A DNA stretch of 64,000 nucleotides from Nitrosopumilus sp. (lineage in GTDB: Archaea > Thermoproteota > Nitrososphaeria > Nitrososphaerales > Nitrosopumilaceae), in assembly GCA_965204345.1 (NCBI GenBank), contig OZ241981.1, positions 256,001 through 320,000 of the forward strand. Direction: 5' to 3'. The notes below the pieces were generated by a model. That model saw nothing but the letters and a program-made list of their open reading frames with translations, was not told the DNA's origin and did not search any database. The translations under genes and the position numbers were made by a program. This document shows, piece by piece, positions 9,972-19,239 of the stretch (its first letter is position 1; every line of letters begins with the position of its first letter).

Positions 9972-11180
9972 TCATGTCAGCAAAGTAAATTGGATATTTT
10001 TTTCTTTTAATGACCTTATGAGCGTCTCTGCCTGTTCCTTGCCCTGAGTTTCCAGGCTCAATGTGACTCCTGCTGAACCTGCATCGATTTCTGAGCTTAG
10101 TCTGTCATGAACCACTTCAACAATATTTGCATTGGCAAGCGTTATCTCATCTACAATCTCCTTAAAAGCTCCCGGCCTGTCAGGAAGCAAAATTGATATC
10201 TTTAACAATCTGCCCATTGCTGCAAGACCCTTGTCAACTATCTGGCCTAGCAGATACATGTCCACATTTCCTCCTGCCAAAACTACTGCTATCTTTTTTC
10301 CCATGGCGGGTTTTTTTGATATGAGATAAGCCAGACTGGCAGATCCCGCGGGCTCTACCACAAACTTCATTCTCTCCATTAGCAGAAACATTGCCTTTGT
10401 AATCTCTACATCATCCACAAGAACAATCTCGTCTATCAATTCCTTTATTATGTTGTACGTTAACTGTCCCGGTGTTTTTACAGAGATACCATCAGCTATG
10501 GTCCTATTGCCTCCACTTGTAGTAATTGATCCCTTTTTAACTGAATCATACATTGCTGGAAATGATCTTGACTGAACACCTATGACTCTTATTTGGGGGT
10601 TTTTTTCTTTAATGGCAATTAGTGTTCCGGCAGCTAGTCCGCCACCCCCTATGGGAAGATAAATTTCATCGACATCTGGCAGGTCTTCTAATATTTCAAG
10701 TCCAATCACTCCCTGAGCTGCAATTATCTGGGGATCATCAAAGGCATGTATCAGGACAGCTCCCGTATCTGCGGATATCTCTTTGGCCTTGGCTGATGAT
10801 TCGTCATAGTTTACTCCCTCCAAGATAACCTTGGCACCGTATCCCCTAGTGGATGCAACTTTTGCAGGTGACGCATTTTTTGGCATTACAATAGTGCAGG
10901 GTATTTTTTCTAGTGATGATGCAAAGGCCACTCCCTGTGCGTGATTCCCGGCTGATGCTGCAACAACTCCCTGTTTTTTTTCTGCATCAGATAGGGATTT
11001 GATCTTAAAATATGCGCCACGAATTTTAAATGAACCTGTCTTCTGCCTAAACTCTGTCTTTAGATAAATATCTGATCCTGTCAACCTGCTAAACGTGGGA
11101 GAACGTATCAGAGGAGTCTTTTTAATTTCGTTTCCCCTTGACGCATTTGCTTTTAGTATTTCCCCATATGTTGGCTTCAT
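9972..11180 (-). CDS. ilvA: Threonine ammonia-lyase with C-terminal ACT domain
   Basis: QKTGSFKIRGA (PLP Lys), ASAGNHAQG, PIGGGGL, EPAG, GGNVD, LPDRPG. Confidence 0.93.
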   Translation of the reverse strand: MKPTYGEILKANASRGNEIKKTPLIRSPTFSRLTGSDIYLKTEFRQKTGSFKIRGAYFKIKSLSDAEKKQGVVAASAGNHAQGVAFASSLEKIPCTIVMPKNASPAKVASTRGYGAKVILEGVNYDESSAKAKEISADTGAVLIHAFDDPQIIAAQGVIGLEILEDLPDVDEIYLPIGGGGLAAGTLIAIKEKNPQIRVIGVQSRSFPAMYDSVKKGSITTSGGNRTIADGISVKTPGQLTYNIIKELIDEIVLVDDVEITKAMFLLMERMKFVVEPAGSASLAYLISKKPAMGKKIAVVLAGGNVDMYLLGQIVDKGLAAMGRLLKISILLPDRPGAFKEIVDEITLANANIVEVVHDRLSSEIDAGSAGVTLSLETQGKEQAETLIRSLKEKNIQFTLLT

Positions 11181-11359
11181 TGGAGATGTTGCTAATAATT
11201 TGGCGTATTTGACTTCTTCTATACAAAAACTACATTTTTGGTCAAATTTTGTGCTTGATTGGCAGGAATGCCTAAATAGTTCAAAAATCCCGTTGAAATT
11301 ATATCAAGGGATCCGGAAACTCCCCTTTGAGAAGTTCTCTCATCTTCCGGTTCCTTGGT

Positions 11360-12202
11360 TTATTGCTTAACAATGATATCCTCAATCTCATCCAAACGCT
11401 TTAGAATATCCTCTTTTACTGATGCAGACATCTTTCTTGGATCAAACATGCCTTCTCTATTTCCGTCTTTGATAAATTCTAAATCTAAAGTCAGCAGACA
11501 CCCTTCCTCTCCTGCTACCAATCGCGGATCGTCAATTAATACGGGGGATGTTTGGTATGTCTCAACCAAAAGAGAATCCAACTCTGAAAGTAATTTTGTC
11601 TTTTTTTCAGACAGTTTGCTAAAATCCACCCCCATGTCTTTTTCAATCTCTGCAAATACCTTTTCTCTAAATTCATCGTTTTCATAAAATATTTCAAATA
11701 GTTTTTGATGATCAAAATCTCTGTATCCCATCTCTTTTAGTTTGTTTAATACCCGCTGATCACTGCTATCGGATATCTGTTCCTGCTCGTTTTTTGTCAG
11801 ATCTATAATTTCAGATAATTCCTTCTGGCAGTCAATCACCCGCTGAACTGGCTTATAGTATAACAAAACATGAAATTGTAAAGACAGGTGTCCTGACATC
11901 AGATAGTTTCCTTCTTTTGTCTCAAATTTGGTAAAAACCCTTCGAATGTCTTCGTTATTTGTAGCTGAAACGTCTTGGACAGACCAGTTTTTTAGTGAAC
12001 CGCTGATTTTTTCAAAATATTCTACAACAGACTTTGGATCAAATGTTTTTTGCACCGTAATTGTGGAATCTCCCAGCATTACCTTGATTTCAACCATTTT
12101 TGTCAAATCGATCATTTTGCAAAGATATGCCTTTTGAATGGATTCATTTTTTTCATTTAATACCTGAATGAATTCGTTTGGAGATCTAGAGCCTAATCGC
12201 AC
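11360..12202 (-). CDS. Conserved-looking hypothetical protein
   Basis: Intact 280-aa ORF in the core-like block. Confidence 0.8.
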   Translation of the reverse strand: MRLGSRSPNEFIQVLNEKNESIQKAYLCKMIDLTKMVEIKVMLGDSTITVQKTFDPKSVVEYFEKISGSLKNWSVQDVSATNNEDIRRVFTKFETKEGNYLMSGHLSLQFHVLLYYKPVQRVIDCQKELSEIIDLTKNEQEQISDSSDQRVLNKLKEMGYRDFDHQKLFEIFYENDEFREKVFAEIEKDMGVDFSKLSEKKTKLLSELDSLLVETYQTSPVLIDDPRLVAGEEGCLLTLDLEFIKDGNREGMFDPRKMSASVKEDILKRLDEIEDIIVKQ

Positions 12203-12267
12203 AAGACATAGCAGATAATCGCTCTCCTTAAACCTTCATCAATATCTAAATAGAGAAAATCTAAAAA

Positions 12268-12330
12268 GGAACTGGTAAGTTAGCGGGGCATGACTACAAA
12301 TCTTATTCCTGGAAAGCCTCGGGGCTTTTA
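12268..12330 (+). repeat. Element 1 left TIR (63 bp)
   Basis: Reverse complement equals 16121-16154 joined to 49604-49632. Confidence 0.93.
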
Positions 12331-12431
12331 TTTATCTGACTTTATGTGATGGTTCTGTTAACTTATTGAGTATTTGATATCCGATCTTCTTCGTGTTAAC
12401 TGTCGGTACCTAGAAATAAAAAAACTGGTTT

Positions 12432-13376
12432 TTAAAGACTTTTCAGCTTTCTAAGCAAATCCAAATCTGGTGATTTTTCTTGTGCATCATTGATTATTTT
12501 GTATATTTTTTCAAAACGGATTTTTGATTCGGGTTTTTTTACTGGTATATTGTTATGTTTGCAGAACTCATACATTTCTTCAAATACTTTGTTTCTTTTA
12601 AACAATATAACATCAATGCCTTTTTTCTTGAATTGGTTGACCATCATACCTGTAAGATCATCAACTAAAAATAATTGAATGTCTCGTGCAAGTCCTTCAT
12701 CTGCTACTTCTGGATTGCCTATTCCCAATAATTTTAATTCTATTTTATAGAGTCTTTTATCACGATCAATCAATATTCCATCTGTTTCTCTTACGGAGTC
12801 TATTTTTTTCTGGATATCCTTAGTTATTAGTATGAAATTATCCTCTGGTATTTCTAAATGTTTGAATAACGTAAGTAAAATTGAATTTTCTGTTTTCTTT
12901 CCAACCTCACTCCAAGCTCCACCCCTAATGGATGATTTCATTGATGAGACTGCATTTATGAAAATCATGCTTTCAGTTTCGTCTAATCGTATTGATTCGT
13001 TTTTGCATCTTATGTCAATTGAAATTAAATATTTTGTCTCTATTGTTTGTAAAAGTGTTTCAAATGCATTAACATTGTCTTTTCCAACTTCGAAGCAAAT
13101 TCGCTTTGATGTTGAACCACTCATGTTAAGTATTGTCTTTTGATTCAGTCCAGCTAGCCATGCTATTTTTTTCTTATCTTCTGATTTCTCATAATGAGCA
13201 TTTATGATTTGTACCCAGTTTTTGCCCTGTTTTTTATATTCGAAAATATTCTCTATCAATTCATCTACCTGTTTTACGAATCTTTCATTTATTATGGCAA
13301 GAATGTATTTTCTATGGTCTTGAGCTGTAAAAACAGAATGAATTATTTTACTTAGCAGATTGGTGCTATATGTCAT
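12432..13376 (-). CDS. Type II restriction endonuclease, CfrBI-like
   Basis: IRGGAWSEVGKKTE, RETDG, IELKLLGIGNPEVAD motifs resemble the CfrBI family; next to an N4C MTase. Confidence 0.75.
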   Translation of the reverse strand: MTYSTNLLSKIIHSVFTAQDHRKYILAIINERFVKQVDELIENIFEYKKQGKNWVQIINAHYEKSEDKKKIAWLAGLNQKTILNMSGSTSKRICFEVGKDNVNAFETLLQTIETKYLISIDIRCKNESIRLDETESMIFINAVSSMKSSIRGGAWSEVGKKTENSILLTLFKHLEIPEDNFILITKDIQKKIDSVRETDGILIDRDKRLYKIELKLLGIGNPEVADEGLARDIQLFLVDDLTGMMVNQFKKKGIDVILFKRNKVFEEMYEFCKHNNIPVKKPESKIRFEKIYKIINDAQEKSPDLDLLRKLKSL

Positions 13377-13450
13377 TTTTTATTTGTTCGATTGCATCCA
13401 ATATTCGACTTTGATTATCTTTCAGTCTTTTCTTTGTTGGAATCTTATTG

Positions 13451-14755
13451 TTAATGGATGAACCTGGGTTTTTTTTTGACATGATCCAGAAAATCAAACA
13501 TATATGATGTGACACTGTCATGTATGTTTTTCAAAGAATATGCACAATTGCTATCTTTTTGCAAGATCACTATTTGCTCATCATTGATATTTCCAATCTT
13601 GGAATTTGTGTATTTGGTTGTAGGATCTATATTTCTGAAAAATGTTTTTTTGTGTACAAATCCCCCTACATTAGCATATTTTTCAAATAATTTGTACGGT
13701 TCTATTTTTTCAAACTCTATGGTAGATGTGCCTAAAATAACAGCACAGTAACGATTTTTATCAAGAGCATGATTCATTTTAAATAAAAATTTGAGCATAT
13801 CGCCTAGATACTCACTTAATAATCTAAATCTATTATGGACAAATTTTGAATGACTACCTATTTCATGTTTCCTCAGGTCTTTAAAGTTGTATTCCAAGAA
13901 GTGCATGTTGTACATATGGGTTCTGTGATAATCCAATGCGTTAACATATGGAGGTGAAGTTATCACCAAATCCACACTTCCTTTTTTGAGATATAATTCG
14001 TTGATGTCTTTGTTAAACAATGTTACAGAAGGCCTGTTGTCAATACTATAATTCATGTTAAGAATTTCTTCGTGGATAAATGCTATTTTTTTCTTAAAAA
14101 CTTCCAATATGTTGACTGATTTTTTTGAATTAAACATATACCATAATGTAGAACTGAGTGTCAATCTACACAAATTGGATATTTTAGAATCATTTTGACA
14201 ATTAATGAAATTTTTTATTAATAGAATATGTTTGATATTTTGATTAGAAAGTAAACTGGTGATCTTTCTTTTTGGCAAAATACTAATTTCCTCATTTATC
14301 ATTTTCTTTGTAATTTTAATCTCAAAATCGTCAAATCTTTGCAAGGCTCTTGAAAACTTGATTGGTGATATTGAAGTTGTTTTCATTTTTGATATCAATA
14401 TTGACAGAGGATTCAAATCAGAGCCAATAGAATCACGATTATTCATAAAGGATTCTAGAATTGTAGTACCGCTACCGCAAAATGGGTCTAGCACAATATC
14501 ATTTTTTTTACTTAGATTTTTAATAAGACTACTGGCTATTTGTGGGATGAATCTGGCAGGGTATGGATGTATCTTATGCGTAAGATAAGTCTTTGAATTT
14601 GTAAAATTCCAGTCGATTTTATTCATATCAAAAAATGGTTTTTCAGAAATTAAATCATCCTGTCTTTGTATTGATATATTTTTTTGTACCAAGTTTGGTT
14701 TTGTCTTATTGTCTCTACATTTAACGTTTAATTTGGTCAAATTGATCTCACTCAT
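13451..14755 (-). CDS. DNA cytosine-N4 methyltransferase (C-terminus shifted at an A9 run)
   Basis: HPYPARF, VLDPFCGSGT, VITSPPY. Confidence 0.9.
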   Translation of the reverse strand: MSEINLTKLNVKCRDNKTKPNLVQKNISIQRQDDLISEKPFFDMNKIDWNFTNSKTYLTHKIHPYPARFIPQIASSLIKNLSKKNDIVLDPFCGSGTTILESFMNNRDSIGSDLNPLSILISKMKTTSISPIKFSRALQRFDDFEIKITKKMINEEISILPKRKITSLLSNQNIKHILLIKNFINCQNDSKISNLCRLTLSSTLWYMFNSKKSVNILEVFKKKIAFIHEEILNMNYSIDNRPSVTLFNKDINELYLKKGSVDLVITSPPYVNALDYHRTHMYNMHFLEYNFKDLRKHEIGSHSKFVHNRFRLLSEYLGDMLKFLFKMNHALDKNRYCAVILGTSTIEFEKIEPYKLFEKYANVGGFVHKKTFFRNIDPTTKYTNSKIGNINDEQIVILQKDSNCAYSLKNIHDSVTSYMFDFLDHVKKKPRFIH

Positions 14756-14922
14756 CTCAATGGTTTGACATGGATCACCATTTCACCATCTTTTACGGTG
14801 ATCTCCCAATCCAGTTTATCCTTTTCCTTCAGTTTAAAGTGAGTGGTAATACTTTGTGGAATCGTGGTTCTCAAACTAATGGATGTTGTAGTGGCTTTAT
14901 TGATCGACGTTATATCCCCCAT
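14752..14922 (-). CDS. AbrB/SpoVT-like small regulator (56 aa, not in ORF track)
   Basis: MGDITSINKATTTSISLRTTIPQSITTHFKLKEKDKLDWEI...; ATGA overlap with the MTase start. Confidence 0.8.
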   Translation of the reverse strand: MGDITSINKATTTSISLRTTIPQSITTHFKLKEKDKLDWEITVKDGEMVIHVKPLR

Positions 14923-15014
14923 AGGTAACTAGATAAGACATTGCCATTTATAGTTACCTACCAATAAGTTACCTATAGTGTTACCTTTATTAATAGGTAA
15001 AGATATAGGTAACT
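14923..15014. promoter_or_regulatory. Divergent promoter with about 6 GTTACCT/AGGTAAC boxes
   Basis: Repeated 7-mer on both strands between the AbrB gene and the transposase. Confidence 0.65.
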
Positions 15015-16148
15015 ATGAATGAAAGAGAAATTAGAGGAAAACAAATTGCAGAAAAACAGGATCAGATTAGACGACTAAATGAAACTCATTATGAGGTTAA
15101 CAGTCAGTCAAGAAGAATAACACATGACGTTGTTGGCACTGAATTAGGCTGGTCTTGCAGCTGCGAGGATCATAATTTTAGAAAAATCTGCTGTAAGCAC
15201 ATTCATGCAGTAGAGATCTCACTTAATCTTCATCAAAAGGTAAAAGATGATGTTGTAATTTCAGAAGTGGTAATTGACTGCTGCAAGTATTGCAAATCAC
15301 AAAATATTGTAAAACGAGGCATACGAAAAAACAAGAGTGGTAATATCCAAATATTCTGCTGTAAGGACTGCACACGCAAATTCTCAATTAATCTAGGTTT
15401 TGAGGGAATGAGGGCAACGCCTGACCAGATAACAATGGCTATGAATTTGCGTTTTAATGGTGAATCCTCACGCAAAGTGGCACATTCATTAACCCTTACA
15501 GGTGTTAAAATATCTCATATCACTGTCCAAAACTGGAACAAGAAATATGTCAATCTCATGGAAAAGTATCTTGATAAGATAACCCCACAAGTAGGTGAAC
15601 AGTGGAGAACAGATGAGTTATACCTGAAAATCAAGGGCGATAAAAAATACCTCTTTGCAATGCTTGATTCAGAAACCAGATTTTGGTTATCTCAAATGGT
15701 GTCAGAACACAAGGGACATGATGATGTATCTCCAATGTTTGTACAAGCTAAAAAGAAAGCAAAGAAAGTTCCTAAAACTCTAATTTCAGACGGAGCTGCA
15801 AACTTTCATCATGCTTGGAAAAAACAGTACAAAGCTAAAAACTATCTTCACAAAAAAACAGAACACCGCAGGCATATACACTTGTCAGGGGATATGAACA
15901 ACAACCAGATGGAATCCTTCAACTCAAACACATTACGAATGAGAGAGAAAGTAACAAGAGGAATCAAAAAAGATGATTCTGCAATACTCAAAGGTATGCA
16001 GATTCACCACAACTACATAAGACCACATCAAGGACTAGATGGAGATACACCAGCAGATAGATCAGGGATTAAAATTATGGGTGATAACAAGTGGAAAACT
16101 ATCATTCAAAATGCATCTTCTAAAAGCCCCGAGGCTTTCCAGGAATAA
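15015..16148 (+). CDS. IS6-like DDE transposase with SWIM-like and Zn-ribbon N-terminal domains
   Basis: CSCEDH...CKHIH, CKYC...CKDC, WRTDE, ISDG, NNQMES, RPHQGL...TPA; stop codon lies inside the right TIR. Confidence 0.9.
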   Translation: MNEREIRGKQIAEKQDQIRRLNETHYEVNSQSRRITHDVVGTELGWSCSCEDHNFRKICCKHIHAVEISLNLHQKVKDDVVISEVVIDCCKYCKSQNIVKRGIRKNKSGNIQIFCCKDCTRKFSINLGFEGMRATPDQITMAMNLRFNGESSRKVAHSLTLTGVKISHITVQNWNKKYVNLMEKYLDKITPQVGEQWRTDELYLKIKGDKKYLFAMLDSETRFWLSQMVSEHKGHDDVSPMFVQAKKKAKKVPKTLISDGAANFHHAWKKQYKAKNYLHKKTEHRRHIHLSGDMNNNQMESFNSNTLRMREKVTRGIKKDDSAILKGMQIHHNYIRPHQGLDGDTPADRSGIKIMGDNKWKTIIQNASSKSPEAFQE

Positions 16149-16358
16149 GATTTGTACACTGTTCAATCTTAGGGGCTTTTCAACTGGGTGTTAAATTAGG
16201 GTCTTTTTGTGTTAAGTTAGGTGCTTTTCGTATTGAAAAAATAAGTAACTGTTCAAAACTCGGGACATGGAATCAATCTTCTAATCCAAAAGATGACCTA
16301 ATGCATTCTGCGTCATCATTGTAATCTTGGAGAGGGCATGTACTAAATTTACAAAAAA

Positions 16359-17447
16359 TCAGATTCGATCTAAGATTTCTTGTGTATATTTACCATCAAA
16401 TTTTTCGACATTGTCATGCATGCCACAATCAAACACATAGTCACAATATTTCAGGCATTTTCGTGGGTTGCCATTACTTTTTTCATATATTACCTTGAAA
16501 AATTCAGGACTGATAAAAGGCCAAGATTTGTGAGGCAATGTTTCTGCATGATTAGTTCTATTTTCTTTAATTCTGTCCACAAGCAGTATTTCAGTATTTT
16601 TCTCTGAGAGAGGAAGTAACTCAATTTTATTGATTTTTGGATTCACTCTATCCATCCAAGGAATTATTCCACCTCCACCTTTTCTTGCCTCCATGTTTGT
16701 GAGAAATTCCCAACATCCCGGAGTCATGGCAATAATAAAAATTGTTTTTGCAAGAGAGTCAGGATTGTTTCCATATTCATCATAAATCTCCTTAAAGAAA
16801 TACAGTATTGCGTCAATCTGTTTTTGATTGTAAACAGTAACGACATACTCAAACTCATCAATTAGTAAATAGATATTTTCTATTTCTGCATGTTTTAGGA
16901 ATTTGAGAAAGTTATGAAATACAAGCAAGGCATCCCTACTTGTAAGTAGATTTGTTGAGATTCCAAGATCTCTTTTGTCTTTATCAGGCAAAGACTGTCC
17001 ACAAAGCCAATCATATGCAATACGCTTCTGATCCCGTATGCCATTGATGATTTTTTGGAAATTTGCATCAGCTAATCTTTGATCCAAGTTGGAGGATTTG
17101 CTGACAATCTCACACATTTTTGGGTATCCAATGTTTCTAAATGCACGTGTTACGATTGAGTGACCAATCTTTGTTTCGGCTTCACCCTCCACCAAACGCA
17201 TAGTAATAACAAGATTTTTTTGGTTATCTTTGATTTTTTTATCGCCAAGTCTTTCTCTGATTTTTTTAAGAAGTAAAGTTTTGCCAATGCCATAATCTCC
17301 AATAATCAAAAAGGTTCTACTGCCAACAAATTTCTTATCGATGAAATCATCAAGACGCCTCATCTCATCTTTTCTCCCTACAACAGGATAGTCCTGACGT
17401 AAATCATCAAAAAGACCATGTTTTAGATGAAAATCTTCAGCGGTCAT
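16359..17447 (-). CDS. AAA+/P-loop ATPase
   Basis: VGRKDE, Walker A GDYGIGKT, Walker B LLIDEFE, SNGNPR lid. Confidence 0.85.
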   Translation of the reverse strand: MTAEDFHLKHGLFDDLRQDYPVVGRKDEMRRLDDFIDKKFVGSRTFLIIGDYGIGKTLLLKKIRERLGDKKIKDNQKNLVITMRLVEGEAETKIGHSIVTRAFRNIGYPKMCEIVSKSSNLDQRLADANFQKIINGIRDQKRIAYDWLCGQSLPDKDKRDLGISTNLLTSRDALLVFHNFLKFLKHAEIENIYLLIDEFEYVVTVYNQKQIDAILYFFKEIYDEYGNNPDSLAKTIFIIAMTPGCWEFLTNMEARKGGGGIIPWMDRVNPKINKIELLPLSEKNTEILLVDRIKENRTNHAETLPHKSWPFISPEFFKVIYEKSNGNPRKCLKYCDYVFDCGMHDNVEKFDGKYTQEILDRI

Positions 17448-18286
17448 TTTTCAGAAATTGTCAAAAAATGGTAATAAGTCTTGTTATGAAATATCCCGCC
17501 AACTTGTCGCACACCAGTCTCAGACAGGATAATTTTTTTGTCAGGCTTGTCAGTCATTGTTTTGATCAAATATTCTTTAAAATCCAGCGGTGTAAACCCC
17601 TTGTTCTTTAGTTTGGATGAAACCAGAGATTTGATCGAAGGAATTGATACATAGGTTCCCTTTTCTTTTTTGATTTTTTCGTATTCAGCATACAGTATTT
17701 TTTTAAATTCTTTTGAAGAAACTAGTTGAGGCTTGCTTTCTAATGCTTCTACCATGTTTGAATTAAAATGGTAGATTGGAGGTGAATAGGTCAGCAACTC
17801 ACAGTATGCAAGAAATTGCAACCATCTACGCAATTTGTCATCAGTTTTTTTGACTAGTGTGTCTTGTCTACCTAATTCTTCGACGAGGTCGTTATACTTC
17901 AAGTCTTTTTTTGTTTTTTTAAAAATGTCAAGAATGTGACATTTTTCATTATCTAATTGCAAAAGTATTCTAGATAATTCTTTTTTGTACATTTCAAGAC
18001 TATCGGAGATAGAATAAAGATACTTACCTTCTGGCGTCAATGTCACGTTTTGATTTTCACCTTGCAGTAACCGTAGTTTTCTGAGCGAATGCGTAACTCT
18101 TACTCTGAACGGATCAAGATGAGGGGATGCAATTTGTTTGCTGGTTTTTTTATAATGTTTAAGTGCCAATTGTTCTATCTCTTTGCGATTTCCTACATTT
18201 TCTTCAATTATTTTTAGCATTGGAAGTACATCAGTAGGAGAAATTTTTAGTGCTAGAAGAATGATTTTCATGAAGATGGCCAACAA
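17444..18286 (-). CDS. Hypothetical protein, probable tandem winged-helix domains
   Basis: LRKLRLL...VTLTPEGK and LRRWLQFLAYCELL wHTH-like segments. Confidence 0.6.
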   Translation of the reverse strand: MLAIFMKIILLALKISPTDVLPMLKIIEENVGNRKEIEQLALKHYKKTSKQIASPHLDPFRVRVTHSLRKLRLLQGENQNVTLTPEGKYLYSISDSLEMYKKELSRILLQLDNEKCHILDIFKKTKKDLKYNDLVEELGRQDTLVKKTDDKLRRWLQFLAYCELLTYSPPIYHFNSNMVEALESKPQLVSSKEFKKILYAEYEKIKKEKGTYVSIPSIKSLVSSKLKNKGFTPLDFKEYLIKTMTDKPDKKIILSETGVRQVGGIFHNKTYYHFLTISEK

Positions 18287-19239
18287 TGATTAAAGTACGA
18301 ACATGATCTGCATTTTTCATCAGAATCGGGCTTTCCTGGATCCTTCTTGGTTTTCATCTGTTCCAGTAAATTTTGACGTCTTAAAAGAAATGCTTTCCTA
18401 TATCTGTCTTCAATCAAGATGACTTCAGAATTAAAGAAATGTGGAACATTACGTTTGTTTGCAAATTCAGGTGTTACAATCATTCCCAAGTTCATTGATT
18501 TGCCATATATTTTTTCATAAATTAATGCGTACCCACCCAATGTGTTTAGATATTCGTCTTTCCATGGAGGGGACTTGACATCAATGATAATTTTGTTATC
18601 AAACAGGAAATCAGGTTGCGCACTCTTAGTTATTCCAAAAGAGGATACAGTAAAGGAAGGTTTTGAAGCAAATGGAAATAAGTTCATAGACATTAAACTG
18701 ATATTGATATCTTTAGTTATTGATATTTTATAATCCAGCAATGCACTTGCTATTTGTGTCTCATAACGTAATGTTTGCTTTAACAGTAAAATGAAATCAT
18801 CAATTACAGGTTGGCTTGGAGAGTTTATTATTTTTGCCTTCTTGTCTTTGATTAACTTCTCTGCATAATCCATAAAATTACTACTATGAGAATCAAAATC
18901 AGTCATAATGTCGGCATTTTTTAAATTAACCGTATTGAGATAATTATGTAATTTTTTTATAAACTTGTCATACACCTTATCCAATATTTGTCCAGACAGC
19001 ATTTCCCATGTTTGTTCATGTTTTGCCTTAGGGACATACTTGTGCAGATATGCATAACGATCAGTAGGACAATATTTAATTGGAATCTGATTAAAAGGCA
19101 CAGACAAAGCAGATTCTCTAAAATCAGCTGGAACATCATTTTTTGGTCTATATCCACGAATGTGGATTTTATCCTCTGCTATTTTTTCTAATTCCTGGAT
19201 TTTGTTGGAATTAAGATTGTCTAAAACAAGCTTCATCAT
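18268..19239 (-). CDS. Cas4a/Csa1-like Fe-S PD-(D/E)xK nuclease
   Basis: YCPTDRYAYL, PDFLF...IDVKS, LGGYALIYE, C-terminal CxxCxxxxxC; no CRISPR array or cas1 in the window. Confidence 0.75.
   Translation of the reverse strand: MMKLVLDNLNSNKIQELEKIAEDKIHIRGYRPKNDVPADFRESALSVPFNQIPIKYCPTDRYAYLHKYVPKAKHEQTWEMLSGQILDKVYDKFIKKLHNYLNTVNLKNADIMTDFDSHSSNFMDYAEKLIKDKKAKIINSPSQPVIDDFILLLKQTLRYETQIASALLDYKISITKDINISLMSMNLFPFASKPSFTVSSFGITKSAQPDFLFDNKIIIDVKSPPWKDEYLNTLGGYALIYEKIYGKSMNLGMIVTPEFANKRNVPHFFNSEVILIEDRYRKAFLLRRQNLLEQMKTKKDPGKPDSDEKCRSCSYFNHCWPSS

Noticed and set aside
12268-12330. tRNA or integrase att site at the island border
   Set aside because: No cloverleaf, and the partner copy is inverted with an 8-bp TSD; no tyrosine or serine recombinase found.
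16143-16156. 10- or 12-bp TSD with CACTG termini
   Set aside because: Only the 8-mer AAGATTTG is consistent with symmetric TACACTG...CAGTGTA ends at all three junctions.
18268-19239. CRISPR-Cas locus or casposon suggested by the Cas4/Csa1-like gene
   Set aside because: No regularly spaced repeat-spacer array, cas1, cas2 or polB seen in the window.
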